Below are positions 12,661 to 24,841 of a stretch of DNA of 64,000 bases, one piece after another. The notes beneath the pieces were generated by a model. That model saw only the letters and a list, made by a program, of their open reading frames with translations. It searched no databases and was not told where the DNA came from. Made by a program: the position numbers and the translations under genes. The stretch lies in the NCBI RefSeq assembly GCF_006345805.1, contig NC_042999.1, positions 111,848,001 to 111,912,000 of the forward strand, written 5' to 3'. How positions within the stretch are numbered: the first letter of the stretch is position 1; each line of letters starts with the position of its first letter. Origin of the DNA: Octopus sinensis (lineage: Eukaryota).

Positions 12661-13524
12661 GCTAGGAAAATAACTGCGATGGCATTAATTAGTACGCTGA
12701 AAGAAATGGGGGATGCAATTTACAACAGACATTATTACTAATTGTGTCACGTTGAAAGTATGTGCTGCAGTGAGTGGGGTAGATTCACATTTATACATAC
12801 ATATACGCACGAAAAACAAAATACTTAATTAAAACCAAATAAAATATAAAATATAAAAAAATACGTACCATAAAACTACATCCACCCTCCCATCCTACTC
12901 CATTCGTAGAGTCAAAGAAAAAAAAGTAGTCAAAAATTAGACAAAAGGTTTTCAAAAATCAGATTTCGTCTCTAAATAACTGATAACTAATGACAATATA
13001 TACGTTCATGCTAAATGTACTTAAGAGGTGCCGGTGTGAAGCATAGAATGAACTGCAGAGATGATTGGTTAGGTGAGTGCATGGGTCGGTGCATAAATGG
13101 AGGAGTGACAAATATAAACCGTATAGCGAACTGGGTGTATGTAACAGTTATTGACAATGTCGCTCAGGTTTGTAAAACTTTCATATCAGTAAAGTGGAAA
13201 ATAATGTAGCAATACCTACCTCCTTACCTCCTCATGGCAAGGTTAAATAAGCCTCTCAACCCTTCGAGGTCAGTAACATAAGTACCAGCACGTGGTTGCA
13301 GGATGAGTGGAATTGACAGAGGAAAGACGAAATTGTTTGTTATATTTACTCTTGCTCTATTAGTTCTGAATTCTTGGATGGTAGATTTAATCCATCAACC
13401 AGTTTAGAGGTCTATAAACAAAGCACCTGCCCAATGCTGGAGATGTTTCTTCTTTTCTCTCCTCCCCTCTCCATCTCTCTGAATTGTGCCTATAATTCAA
13501 AGGGCCAGCCGTATCACATATTGG

Positions 13525-13917
13525 CTTCAAAATTTGGCACCATGCCAGCAATTTCAGGGGAGGGTTAAGTCGAGTACATCAACCCCAGTGTGCCACTGGT
13601 ACTTATTTCATCGACTCCGAAAGGCTGGAAGGCAAAGTCGACCTCGGCGGAATTTGAACTCAGAACGTAAAGACGGACGAAATACCTATTTCTTTATTGC
13701 CCAAAAGGGGCTAAACATAGAGGGGACAAACAAGGACAGACAAACGGGTTAAGTCGATTAGATCGACCCCAGTGCGTAACTGGTACTTAATATATCGAAC
13801 CCGAAAGGATGAAAGGCAAAATTGACCTCGGCGGAATTTGAACTCAGAACGTAGCGGCAGACGAAATACCGCTAAGCGTTTTGCTCGACGTGGTAACGAT
13901 CCTACCAGCTCGGCGCC
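13525..13917 (-). mobile_element. Two nested family-B SINEs; 13688-13917 carries the alternative tail also seen at 42955-43185
   Basis: Shared tail tttattgccca.aaggggcta.aca.agaggggaca.acaaggacaga. Confidence 0.8.
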
Positions 13918-14881
13918 TCAGCCATGTCCCATACTATTTCATGGTGATTTGCGCTAAGAACTGTATTAAGGATACACGTCGGTGGAATATTCAGTCTTTT
14001 ACACCTTAATTGAACAAGTAGATAGTTTAGTTGATTAAACAAGTTAGTGCACATCGTCGAAACGGACGAAGATTCACGTCGTCCCAGTTGTTGGCACATC
14101 AACTCTTAGCGCAAACACTCCTCCCAAGCCATCGAGGAAACCTCTATATGACCGCTTGATCTGATAGGATAGCAGACAAATCTCCATGTATAACACAACC
14201 ATTGTCCTATAACAATACACATTGGATAATGGAACAGCGGGTTCCCTGCATGTAGAAAACAAAACATGGGAAGGATATGGCTAGAACAACTTTGGTCGCA
14301 CAATTGCTCGACTAACCTGGAACTAAACAATGTCAACAATTGCAACAAATATATTCCACACCTTTCTCTAGCTCGTACTAAAGAGGGATCCTCTTTGTGA
14401 TCTTCATTTGGTCAACAAAAAATACGAAATTAATCCCCCAACTACATGGTTGTAGGTTCAGTCCCATTGCGTGACACTTTGGACAAGTGACGCCTACTAG
14501 AGCCTTGTGCTGATCAAAGCCTTCAGTGGAATGAATTTAGCAGACGGCAATTGAAAGAAACTCGTTGTGTACATTTCTGAGAAAAATCGGGGTTTTGTCC
14601 GGCAGGTTGAACTTAGTTCACTTCTTTATTAAGACTGGAGTGGCGAGAGATTTGGAGTATCTATCTATCTATCTACTGTGGTAGCAAAAATCGATTAATT
14701 TCTAAATGCTTCTGCCTTATAAATATTGCATATATTATGTTTATATTATGTTTATTATTATATATATATAATAGAAATATGTTACGAAAAGAAAATAGAA
14801 ACTATACGTGGAAATGTAAGGGGAAAGTAAGAAGAAAAGGCGAAAATGCACATTGGAAATCTAAAAAAGGGTTTCGGTTAC

Positions 14882-15369
14882 CCAGCTAGCGATATATTGT
14901 ATATAAAGGGCGCAGAACTTACACCGAAAACCAGCTGGCAGAGAATCCGGCTGGGGTTAAATTAATAGCAACATTCATCTGCCACTTTGATGTGGCTACT
15001 CGCTTTCTGTTTATTATACGTTACTACGCTGTCTCTTCTTCAGATTTTATAACCAGCTATTTTACTTGTTGCAAATCAGTCACCGATGGTCACTTGTTTA
15101 TAATATATCGCTGGCAGAAGTCGATCTTAGCTATCATTCCACTGCACATGTGCACGCAGCCGATATGAGCCAAATAGTTCGAAACTGGCCGGTTTTGCGA
15201 TCCTGTAGCTGCTGGAGGGTTGTATGGGTTCGCTCTCCCTGCTAGCGATATATTGTATATAAAAGATGCAGAGCTTGCGCCGAAAACCAGCTGGCGGAGA
15301 ATCCGCCTGGGGTCAAACTAGTAGTAACATTCACGTGTTACTTTGATGTGGCTACTCGCTTTACTGTTT
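14882..15369 (+). repeat. Diverged ~130-bp direct repeat (14882-15012 and 15238-15369) with an internal inverted 18-mer (15100-15117)
   Basis: Both copies read gctagcgatatattgtatataaa.g..gcaga.ctt.c.ccgaaaaccagctggc.gagaatcc...actttgatgtggctactcgcttt. Confidence 0.85.
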
Positions 15370-15472
15370 GTGTGTGTGTGCGTGTGTGTGTGTGTGTGTG
15401 TGTAAGTGTGTGTGTGTGAGTGTATGTATATATGTATATATATGTGTATGTATATATGTGTTTATATATGTT

Positions 15473-15535
<63 letters not shown>

Positions 15536-15896
15536 CATTTATATATGCATAGGTAGCCCTTTGTATATGATGGATATATATACTACATATGCACGCACGC
15601 ACGTGTGTGTATGTGTATTTACTAATGAGAAAGTAATATTTCAGAATGACGGTTTCTTTTTATAAACGCAGGAGGTATTGCGCAGATGACCTAATTAAAA
15701 TTAATGCATTTGATGGTGTTCTTTCTTTTGTGGGGAGATAAAGGAAACTAAGAAAAAACTTATCGAAAACTTTTCGGTTTCAGCAAAATATTAAATAAGC
15801 AATAAATTACTCAAAACCTTTCTAAACGAAAAGTTTCAAAATAGCGAATAATACAGTCCTCAAGAAAGTATACAACAACTCCCTCAGCATGTGTTA

Positions 15897-16109
15897 CGAG
15901 TAACAGAACGATTCCTGGTTTTGGGTTAAAGAAAATACAGAAGGAGCAGTTAATTATGATTTTATTCAACATATTCCTCTCTCAGATTCACTCACTTACT
16001 GCAGCGGCCCTTGGTTTTTCTAAGCCCTGTAAAAGAACTTGGAAGGTTAGGCCTCCAACCAGGCCTTTCGCGAGATCCTTAAAGCCAAGAACATTTCAGC
16101 ACTCCTGGA
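15897..16109 (-). mobile_element. Mariner-derived MITE (~215 bp); further copies at 48544-48696 (partial) and 53466-53681
   Basis: TA-flanked imperfect TIRs (aaaagttcctggctt); the retained internal segment corresponds on the minus strand to a mariner-like C-terminus (GLEKL...C...LRGEYVE*). Confidence 0.8.
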
Positions 16110-16140
16110 TACAACATAAATATTGAATTGAGCTATTACT

Positions 16141-16568
16141 CTTACTCTCTTTTTCTCTTTTTCTCTTTTTACTTGTTTCAGTCATTTGACTGCGGCCATG
16201 CTGGAGCACCGCCTTTAGTCGAGCAAATCGACCCCGGGACCTATTCTTTGTAAGCCCAGTACTTATTCTATCGGTCTCTTTTGCCGAACCGCTAAGTAAC
16301 GGGGACGTAAACACACCAGCATCGGTTGTCAAGCAATGCTAGGGGAACAAACACAGACACACAAACATATTTACACACACTTATATATATATATATACAT
16401 ATATACGACAGGCTTCTTTCAGTTTCCGTCTACCAAATCCACTCACAAGGCATTGGTCGGCCCGGGGCTATAGCAGAAGACACGTGCCCAAGATGCCACG
16501 CAGTGGGACTGAACCCGGAACCATGTGGTTGGTTAGCAAGCTACTTACCAAACAGCCACTCCTGCGCC
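16141..16568 (-). mobile_element. Full-length OK-type SINE
   Basis: ggcgcaggagtggctgtttggtaagtagc head through ggcggtgctccagcatggccgcagtcaaatgactgaaacaag tail and (AAAGAG)-like end. Confidence 0.9.
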
Positions 16569-16826
16569 TATATATATATGTTAAATATTCATCTAACAAA
16601 CAGCTTTCTAATAATCAGTTCTTTAAAATATCTATAACACGTTATTTGTGTAAGTTATATAATGTACTATAATATATTATGCACTTTAAAAAGTGTAAAC
16701 CACAGAACTGGAGGCAATCCAATACCACTATACCGAGAAGATTGCCTTATTGCATAGATGGACCACTGCTAGAAGCTAAAAGAGCAAAGGCTCTACTCCC
16801 ATGCGAGATGAAGTGTACCTACATAC

Positions 16827-16870
<44 letters not shown>

Positions 16871-16897
16871 CCTCTCAACGTAAGTGAGACACATTAC

Positions 16898-16952
<55 letters not shown>

Positions 16953-18139
16953 CCCACACCAGATTCCTAAAATCGTTTAAAACAGCATTAGAATAATTTG
17001 TAAAGTCAATAAATCCCAGAAAATTTACGAGAGCATACGTTGTTTAGGAAACATTTGTAGAAAGACATCTTCGGCTAATTTGAATAAATTTTATATTACT
17101 CTTTGATAACTTTAGCCCTAGATTTAACTCAATTTTAATCTATTCTAAAATATAACATACAAATATTGATTTCAAATTTTAAAGGGTGGGTTTGTCGATA
17201 TAATTGATCCAATTACTTGACTGGTTCTTTATTTTATCGACTCCGGCAGATTTTGATGTCAGAACTAGATGAGACGGAAGAAATACCACTAGACATTTTA
17301 TACAATGCGCAAACAATTTTGCCCTCACACGAGAAAATCTTTCTTTTTTTACTTTACTAATAGCATATACATTAGGAAAAATAATACGCAATATTTCGAT
17401 GTAAGTATGAAAACTAGCCTTCAAGAGAATTTTAAATATAATTGGCTTATTATTTTAAACTTAATCCGCAATAAATTTCAATCTATCAAAGGCGAAATCT
17501 ATAGATATGATGGTATGTATATTTCCAAAAGAATTACCAACGGGTAGCCAGTAAATAAACTCCAATAAACTCCTGAAGCTATTCAATAATTTCGACTATT
17601 AGACGATAATTTAACGGCAAAAAATTCCAACCACCAATCATGTGTTCAAGAAATCTATACACACACACACACACACACACTAACGCTCACACACACATTC
17701 ACATTCACATATACATGCACACATACTCTCACATACATAAATTTATGCATATTTGTGTGTATGTGCATGTATTTACGTATATAGGGAGTTGGCCAAAAGT
17801 CACCTGACACTAAATCAAAACCATTTAATTCCAAGATTTATTTATGTTTAACATCAGAATGACTTTAATAAAATCATCAAAATATGAAATATGAAAACAG
17901 TTTTAAAATGAAGACACATTTTTCTAATTGAGTCAATACAGAATTACAGATAGTATTTATGGAATTTTGATGAGCCCTGTGTATATATATATCATTTAAT
18001 ATACACAGGATTTAAGTGCGAGCTCCTATAAGTTCAATGCCTTTGATAATGCAATGGTCGGCTGAGGTTGTATAGCATGTCATGTATTATCAGGCTATTA
18101 TTCAGGATTATCTACAGCGCGGCTACTCTCTGAGAAAAG

Positions 18140-21070
18140 GTAAGGAAGAACTAGAAAGACGAGGAGGAAGAAAATAAAAGAAATATGACACCTTACCAAA
18201 CAAAAACACTCAGCTAAAATGCACAAAAGAGAATACCCATACAGTTAACTTATTTCGGGAAGAGACTGTAAACGACAAGAAACTCGACCAAGACGAACTC
18301 AGCAATAACAAGCTGCAGCCACAATACGGACGACGAATATAAAATTCTAAAATCACAGTTTGCATCGAAGTTCAAGCAGACCTTCGCTACTTGCATACAT
18401 AAGACAATGTCCGAAAAAACAATACAAACTCGAGTCGGGGAAAAAATACCCAATGACCTGGTGTATTTGCGATTGACAAAATTGTGAAAGAACTAGCTCA
18501 AATTCAAATTCCCAGCTTTTGGACAATAAATGTCTTGCTTTATTATACTGCAGTAAACGTGCACCAATAGATGAGAGTAAAAGAGACCGTTCCAAAATAT
18601 AATACTGAGCCAAAAATGAATTACCCTCTCCAAAATAACGCCAACGGACTCAGGAAAAAGATAGGACAGTTGGGCATTATCATCAAATGCAAAACTGAAT
18701 ATGAATTCATGAATCACCAACTACGACTGCATGACAGATTCTCTAAATTTTATGGGAATTGCTGCAAAGAAACACTCACAGGCAAACAAATCATTCATAA
18801 ACATGATCTACGAGCGATAGGAGAAAGAATTCGTTGCAAAAAATTGCATGAACAAAAAACGATAAACTGCAAGTTAGCCCCAAATCCATAAACTGTATAT
18901 CGCAGTACGAAAGGTGATATCATCAAGGTAGTAAATGTTTATCCCCAGGAAAACTTAGAAACATTCTATCGGGGAATTTGGAATGTAAATAAAGAACACA
19001 GTCGTGATGCAGCTTGGTTAAACGAACTACGATGTGAGAATCTTCCAAAATTTATAACAACACTAGTGAAACACTTTTGACGGTTATTATGAAACTGCAG
19101 AATTGAAGATCACTCGAAGAGACATAATAGTAGACTACTAGTATTAAAAAAAAAACTCATGTTTTGTAGGGAAATTCTCACAGCCCTTCTTACAAATCAA
19201 TGGTCGATGAGCTAGATGTACCAGATTGACTAACAGTTGCATAGACTACTCTTTTCTCAAAGAACAAAGAGGCTCTTGTGATCAAAAACTATAGGCCCTT
19301 AGCATGATTGAATGCTATATTCAAACTGTAAACAAGTTGTCTGAATTTTTACTCCAAGATCACTGCCAAACAAATGATGTGATAACTAATGAACAGGCAA
19401 GAGGAAAGAAAGGAATCTGGGTCTGTTCTGAACAACTCCTCCTCGACAAAGCTTTCTTTAAGGAAACCAAACAACATTGCCGTAATCTATTAACAATATG
19501 GCTACACTACAAGGCGTTCGATTCTGCGCCTCACCCATGGATGATAGAATCACTTCACCTTGCCAAAGTACCAGTTGCTAGAATGAATGTCATTGAAAGA
19601 CTGACAAAAACATGGTCCACACAGTTACCAATGGCAACTCCTAAAGCAACGCCTATTGTCAGAAACAGAATTAAGCTTTTAATAGGTATATTCCAGGGTT
19701 ACACTTTACCTGTACAACTCTGTTACGAAAATGCAAGGCTTCATGCTGGGATATGAAGAAAAGAATAAAATTAATGTCACCCACTCCTTTTGTTGATGAC
19801 TAAAGTTGTATTCTGTTAATATGAACATCAAGAGACAATTAGAACCATTAATGTTTGGGCAAGATAAATGAAAGATTGCTTACCATAGAACATGTACATC
19901 AATGGCTTGTCTACCTCTCCTATCTCTAATGATGAAACCTATAAATATCTCGGAATCAATGAGAATGTTACATACGTTGGTGCTGTGATTAAATCCAGAA
20001 TATTAAAAGAGTAATTCTTCAGACCCCGGAAAATATGGAAGTCAGAGTTGTTTGCATTTAACAAGTCCATATCTAACAATGCTTTTACAGTGTCAGTACT
20101 AGTACCGATATTTGGGATATTGTACTGAACACTTGACGAGAGATCCATAGTCTGGCCATCAATACTAGAAAGGTACTGACAACTTTCATATCAGCAGCCT
20201 CACCGGTAGAATCTATTGAGAGCTGAAGAGATGGCGGTAGTGGCATAAGATCAGTCCAAACAGCTTTTGAATGTTGCATTGTATCACTCAGACAACACCC
20301 GCTGAAGGGTAATGAAAGAAATGAGTATATTACAAGCATACACAAAATGAGAGCAACAACTTCAGAGGTGAACTTGTGAGCAGGTACTCTGAAGATACAA
20401 CTGTCTCATGCGACCCAAAAGAGGCTAGAGTGACATATCTCAAAAGAAACGTGGAGGAGAAACGGCTATATTCCAGCAAAAAGCGATGCATGCGTACATA
20501 TCACATAAACTAGAGGATAACAGTAATATTTGCAGGAAGAGTAGATGCTCCTGGACCTGTTATAGATAAAGTACATCCCGCCAAGAAGGATACACCTTTG
20601 CTATCCAGGAGCAGGAGACAGTTGCTAAATACCGAATAAAGAAGACACACTAAGATATCGCCAAAGCTCCATGTTGTGATAGATGATGTCCACTCTGCAA
20701 AACCAACTGGCCTCAAATATTTACGAGATATTACCTGCTCTGAAGCTTGATATAGTTGCAAATACTATTTACAATGTATACATAAACGGCATGTCACAGC
20801 CAACATATATTCACTCCTTTTAAAACAAAAATACTGGTGGAACACTCCAATGAAAGCAGTAACTGTGTGCAAAAATAACAGACCTGATTTTGATCTGTGG
20901 GACAGGGAGCAAAATACATACATTGTTGTAGTGGTCAGCTTCCCTGCGGATGTAAATGTACCATCAACAGTCCGGGAAAAGAACATTTATTAATGCGAAA
21001 CAGAGCTCTTGTACTCTCACAATAAATTTTCATTTGTACCTATCGCGATAGGTACCTACAAATTTAAACA
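18140..21070 (+). mobile_element. Decayed R4/Dong-type non-LTR retrotransposon (RT plus restriction-like endonuclease)
   Basis: KNYRPLA*LNAIFKL; EQARGKKGIWVCSEQLLLDKA...RNLLTIWLHYKAFDSAPHPW; IGIFQG; YKYLGINEN; CCHC-like remnant near 20680; KNNRPDFDLWDREQNTYIVVVVSFPADVNV (RLE-type PD motif) at ~20870-20960; many stops and frameshifts. Confidence 0.8.
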
Positions 21071-21345
21071 GCAACTCGTGTTATGTAAGTCATTATTAGT
21101 ATAATCCAACGATGTCTTGCTGTCATATATGGCGACCTCCAGTGTCATTTGTTATTTTATCTATTGAAACCACTTTGAATCGCACAGTTGCAAAGCAGAG
21201 GGGCTGAACAGTTATGTGAGAGATCATAGACGAAAGTCAGAAATACCATTGACAACGAGGAAGCACAAGGACACATCAACATTTGTGAGAATGGAACGCT
21301 CACTACATATCAAGTATACTGAAGTACGTGTGTAATAATGGAAGA

Positions 21346-21408
<63 letters not shown>

Positions 21409-21409
<1 letters not shown>

Positions 21410-21897
21410 TAGGGGAAGCCAAAAATTATCTGCACTTTCGCCATAACATATCTTTATTATTGTTACACTGCCTTCTACGCATACATGATTATAGTTGGTG
21501 CTATTGTGATCATGTGATCTCCCACACTGGTATTGCAGAGTAAACATCTTCTATCACAACATGGAGCTTTGGCGATATCTTAGTGTGTCTTGTTTGTTCG
21601 GTGGCTGAGCCTGATCTCGCCAGTTTTTCTTTCTGGCTTTACAGTGTAAACATGGCTGCCCCACTATCAATGTGCACCAAAGGAGAGCAAAGAGCAGTGA
21701 TCCGGTTTCTCTGGTCGGAAGGTGTGTCAGGCGCTGAAATTCATCGGAAGCTTTTAGTGCAATACGGAGACAGTGCACTACCGCGTAGAAGTGTGTATGA
21801 GTGGATCGAGAAGTTTAAAAGTGGCCTGACAAGTGTGACGCACGAGGATGGAGTAGCACGCCCGTCAACCTCCACCACTGACGAGAAGATTCAGCAA
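21409..21897 (+). mobile_element. Mariner transposon 5' half (left TIR plus N-terminal HTH, codons 21652-21897)
   Basis: MAAPLSMCTKGEQRAVIRFLWSEGVSGAEIHRKL...VYEWIEKFKSGLTSVTHEDGVARPST; starts after (TA)n; truncated. Confidence 0.85.
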
Positions 21898-21924
21898 TAT
21901 ATATATTATCAAGTAAGGCAGCAA

Positions 21925-22125
21925 GGGCACGGGCGTTGTCGTGTTGAAACATGTGATTCCGTTGACGGGCAAAGTATGACACAATGTGAGGCCTCAACAC
22001 TTGTTCGATATAGCGGGTTGCGGTTACTCCATTGCTCTGGCCTTAGACGATGTTTTGGAAGACCACCGGTCCAAGTTTCTGGTTGAGTGCAATCCCGCCC
22101 CATACCAGGATGCTCTGTCCTCCCC
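21925..22125 (-). mobile_element. Tc1-like transposase catalytic-domain fragment
   Basis: GGQSILVWGGI...NGVTATRYIEQVLRPHIV...FQHDNARA on the minus strand. Confidence 0.8.
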
Positions 22126-22641
22126 ATGAGTCTCTCTCCACCACACAGCCATCGGCATATCGTTCACCCCTTTCTTTTCCAAACCCTAGCTCTGCCATCT
22201 GTCACAGAAATGCAATATCGACTTTCATCAGAGAAGACTACAATCTTCTACTACTGATATCACCGTTTTCTTCTTTTTTGAGCCCGCTGCGAACGTGCCT
22301 GTTGATGACGATCTGTGTGTAAGTAAATAACTTATAGACAATCATATTTTGTTTTACTGTCTATATATGTATATAAATGTGTGTGTGTGTATGTATGTAT
22401 ACATGTATGTGTGTGTATGTATATATAATAATTAATGTAGGAAAAATTAGGAGAAACATAATTCATTGTTACCAAAGTATGTTTCAGAATTGTGGTTAAA
22501 TGCATCCTCTTGTGTAGGTGTTCCACGTGCGATAATATAAAGATACAGATAAATAAATATATATAGGGTATATATAAATATATACATGCACATAAACATA
22601 TAAGTATATACTTCTGAAAGTAGGCATTTATATATATATAG

Positions 22642-22970
22642 GCTCATGTGTGGATGTGTGGTAAGAAGTTTGTTTCTCAGCCACATAGTTCCGGATTCAG
22701 TCCCACAGCGTGGCACCTTGGGAAAGTGGCCGCAGTCAATTGACTGAAACAAGCAAAGAAAATAAAAGAATATAAAGGCGTTGCTGTGTGATAAGCAGTT
22801 TGCTTCCCAACCATATGATTCTGGGTTCAGTTTCAATGCACGGAACGTCGAGCAGGTTTCTTCTATTATAGCCTCGAGACGACCAAAGACACGTGAACGA
22901 ATTTTGGAAACCGAAAGTGAAAGAAGCTCGTCGAATGTATATATGTATATATATATGTGTATATATATAC

Positions 22971-23034
<64 letters not shown>

Positions 23035-23945
23035 ATATATAATATATATATATATACTTGGAAGTGGATGCGTGTCTTGCCCTTAACTTCGAAACATGGA
23101 GTAGTCAAGCAGGGCCAGCTAAGAAGGGAAATGTTCCTTGTGTTGTATGTCTTGTCTCTGTTTTTACGTTGTTTGAAAAAGTCCGTTTCCATGTTTTTGT
23201 TTTTATGTTATCGTTTCTCGTTGTGTTCTACGTTTTTTTTTTAGTGTCCTGTATCCATATATGCATGTATATATACATATAGATGTAGGTATGTACATAT
23301 ATGTATGGATGCATATGTTTCATTTATTAATTTGTTATTATATATATATATGAGTGAGTGTGCGCGCGTGTGACGTGTGCGTGTGTGTGTGGGTATATGT
23401 GTTTGTCCCCCACCACCGCTTGACACCGGTTTAGCAAAATAGAATAATCACCAGGTTTTAATAAAAACAAAAAAGAACTGGGGTCGATTTCGTTAGCTAA
23501 AAACCCGGCAAGTCGGTGCACTAACATAGCCGCAGTCCAGTAACTGAAGTAAATTAAAGATAGAAAATGTATATAATCGCAGGAATAGCTATGCAGTAAG
23601 AAGCTTGCTCCCTAACCACAAGGTTCTACGTAGGGCCTTGTGCAAGTGTCTTCTACTAGAGCCTCGGACCACCAATCCTTGTGAGCGGACTTGGTTGACG
23701 GAAACTGAAAGAAGCCCTACATATATGAGTGTGTTTATCTATGTGTGTCTACCTTTGTGTGTGTGTTTGTCCCTCCCGTCACCGCTTGACAACCGGTGTT
23801 CGTGCATTTACGTTCCCATAAATCAGCGGTTCGGCAAAAGAGACCGATAGTACTAGGCTTAAGAAATATGTTTTGCAGTCAAGACGGAGCTCCAGCATGG
23901 CTGCAGTCACATGACTGAAACAAATAAGAGAATAAAAAATAAAAG
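22642..23945 (+). mobile_element. Cluster of OK-type SINE copies: mini copy 22642-22760, head 22768-22935, 3' half 23400-23560, near-full copy 23585-23945
   Basis: Repeated head and cagtc....gactgaaac tail motifs. Confidence 0.8.
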
Positions 23946-24015
23946 AATACATATGTGTGTGCGTGTGTGTATTATGTATGCATTTATGCTATACATATAT
24001 ATATATATATATATA

Positions 24016-24138
24016 TGGTCCAATCGATGTGTTTGTTAATCTGAGGTTTTCTTCATTTTCTGATTATTTGCATATATATTGTGTATATAATAAGAAAATA
24101 GAGAAAAGCTCAGATTAGCAAAAACATCGATTGGACCA
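24016..24138. mobile_element. Hairpin MITE-like element (~123 bp, ~37-bp imperfect TIRs)
   Basis: tggtccaatcgatgtgtttgttaatctgag ... ctcagattagcaaaaacatcgattggacca. Confidence 0.75.
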
Positions 24139-24495
24139 CATTTATAGCTTATTTTTTAATACAAAGCATGACATGACACATAGGTGACATAACATATCTT
24201 ACAGTCGTTTCCGATCCGTTGCCAAAACGCTGTCTATAAATACATGCGAGAATAAAGTTCTTCCTCTTCACAGGACATTCGAATTAAGGCACGGAGTTTC
24301 ATCAGAGTAAAAAACGAGAGCATACAATATATTTGTTTCCTGATAAACTCTTATTTATCCTGTTGTTACCTGCATTTTAAGTGAATAATGTACCTGCACA
24401 CCAATACCCGGGCATAACACCGGTAACGGATACCGATAGAACATATGAATATTTTATCCCTTCGTCGGTTATTATAACCGCTAACTCTGTTTACG

Positions 24496-24549
<54 letters not shown>

Positions 24550-24551
<2 letters not shown>

Positions 24552-24814
24552 TTTCGGTGCGAATGGCTTCTTACACGGCCCCGTTTTTACAATCCTGTGA
24601 ATAATAATAATGGTATATTTATATAAGCTTAAAGATTGTGGCAATCACACTATCCTCTTTTTTCTGTCGAGGGCTTATATGCCCGTTTATTAGACTATTT
24701 TCCTTAGTCATTGCACGGTAATCGCCATAAGTTTTAAGCTTATATAAAAATACCATTATTGTTATTTACAGGATTTACAGTGTGTGGGCGCATAAGTGCC
24801 AACGCACGAAACTC
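24550..24814. mobile_element. MITE-like element with outer (gtttcgtgcgttggc-like) and inner 55-bp inverted repeats
   Basis: 24591-24645 is an imperfect reverse complement of 24721-24775; outer ends resemble 27290-27351. Confidence 0.65.
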
Positions 24815-24841
24815 TTTTAGATCTGCTAAATTATATATATA

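Noticed and set aside
13025-13077. Strong plus-strand donor AG|GTGAGT with a short open frame
   Set aside because: The peptide is unrecognisable and there is no supporting evidence.
17783-17980. Possible Tc1-type MITE
   Set aside because: The two ends do not match each other convincingly as TIRs.
24175-24305. Possible solo LTR or hammerhead (TATAAA, AATAAA, minus-strand CTGATGA)
   Set aside because: No TSD; stem I does not pair and GAAAC is incomplete.
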